Shown here: piece after piece, positions 62,391 through 64,000 of the stretch
Layout of the letters: each line of letters begins with the position of its first letter
Numbering within the stretch: position 1 is the stretch's first letter
Source: the human T2T-CHM13v2.0 reference genome, Homo sapiens
Length of the DNA: 64,000 nucleotides
NCBI RefSeq assembly: GCF_009914755.1
Contig: NC_060942.1
Direction: 5' to 3' (one strand)
The notes under the pieces: generated by a model
Databases searched by the model: none
Told to the model about the DNA's origin: nothing
Seen by the model: the letters and a program-made list of their open reading frames with translations, nothing else
Program-made: the position numbers and the translations under genes

Positions 62391-62913
62391 TCTCCTTTGA
62401 CCCTTTGGCTGGATTCAGTGAAGCATCTGGCCCTGGGCTTTTCTTGTGGGTAGTTTGAGGGTTTCTGACTGAGTCTCTTCACTGATGATTAGTCTGTGCA
62501 GATTCTGTTCCTTCCTCGTTTCTGTAGTTTGTTTTTCTGTGAATGGATCCATTTTACCTGTTACCTACTGTGACGGCGCACGATTATTCACAGTGCTGCT
62601 TTATCACCCTTTTTATGTCTGTAAGAGCATGAATCACATCTCTGCTTTCACTTCTGATTCTAGTCAATGGAATTTTCTTTTTCTTCTGCTCAAACGAGCT
62701 AAAGATTTGTTGATTTTGTTGATCTTTTCCAAGAACCAGCCTTTGGTTTCATTGGTTTCTCTATGGGTTTTGTCTTCTGTTTCATTAATTCCTGCTCTCA
62801 TCTTTGTTATTTCCTTCCCCCACCTGCTTTAAGTTTTATTTACTTTTGTTTTCCCAGTTGTCTTAGGGTGGAGTGTGAGCTTATTAATTTGAGATCTTTC
62901 TTCTTTCTTATAG

Positions 62914-63373
<460 letters not shown>

Positions 63374-63694
63374 TAGGAATATGTTTAATTTCCACATATT
63401 TGTGAGGTTCCCAATTTTTCTCCTGTTATTAATTTCTAATATTCTATTGTGGATGGAGAGTATATTTGTATTATTTCTATCCTTTTAAATGTATTGAGGT
63501 TGGTTCTATGGCCTGGTATATGTCCTGTTCTGGAGTCTGTTCCGTGTGCACATTGAAAAAATGTATATTGAGTTGTCCGGTGCCATGTTCTACGGATGTC
63601 TGTGAGGTCCATTTGGCTTATGGTGGTGTTCACACCTTCTGTTTCCTTGACTCTCCTGTGTACTTGTTCTACCCATTATTGAAAGTGCAGTATT

Positions 63695-63951
<257 letters not shown>

Positions 63952-64000
63952 TTATTGCTGTATTATTGGTGCATACATTTTACTTGTTATATCTTCTTGA

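Overview
Human (or very close primate) genomic DNA, not prokaryotic. I recognise it as the GC-rich, VNTR-dense KCNG2 (Kv6.2, electrically silent Kv modifier subunit) locus, which lies in distal 18q23. The only protein-coding feature is the first coding exon of KCNG2 (+ strand, CDS 35260-35883, 208 codons: T1/BTB domain plus S1). It sits in a CpG island and has a strong branch point and acceptor upstream, so it is an internal exon. A candidate 74-nt 5'UTR exon lies at 27422-27495. The pore-encoding exon is not in the window. The rest is intron: nested old L1s, about a dozen Alus (including an AluY inside an AluY and an AluYd-type element), LTR elements (two-LTR THE1D-like, LTR14A-, MER41-, MER39-, MST- and MLT-like), MER20/MER5/MIR/L2 relics and at least ten minisatellites. 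I see no demonstrably new biological system. The best leads are: a helically phased CACGTG E-box minisatellite; an optimal-Kozak out-of-frame AUG 8 nt after the KCNG2 start; an apparent p.R94W allele; an old L1 3' end converted into CpG-island-like DNA; a compact CCAAT/GC-box promoter candidate; and G4/R-loop-prone VNTRs flanking the coding exon. Repeat subfamily names and reference comparisons come from memory of consensus sequences and need RepeatMasker/BLAT confirmation.
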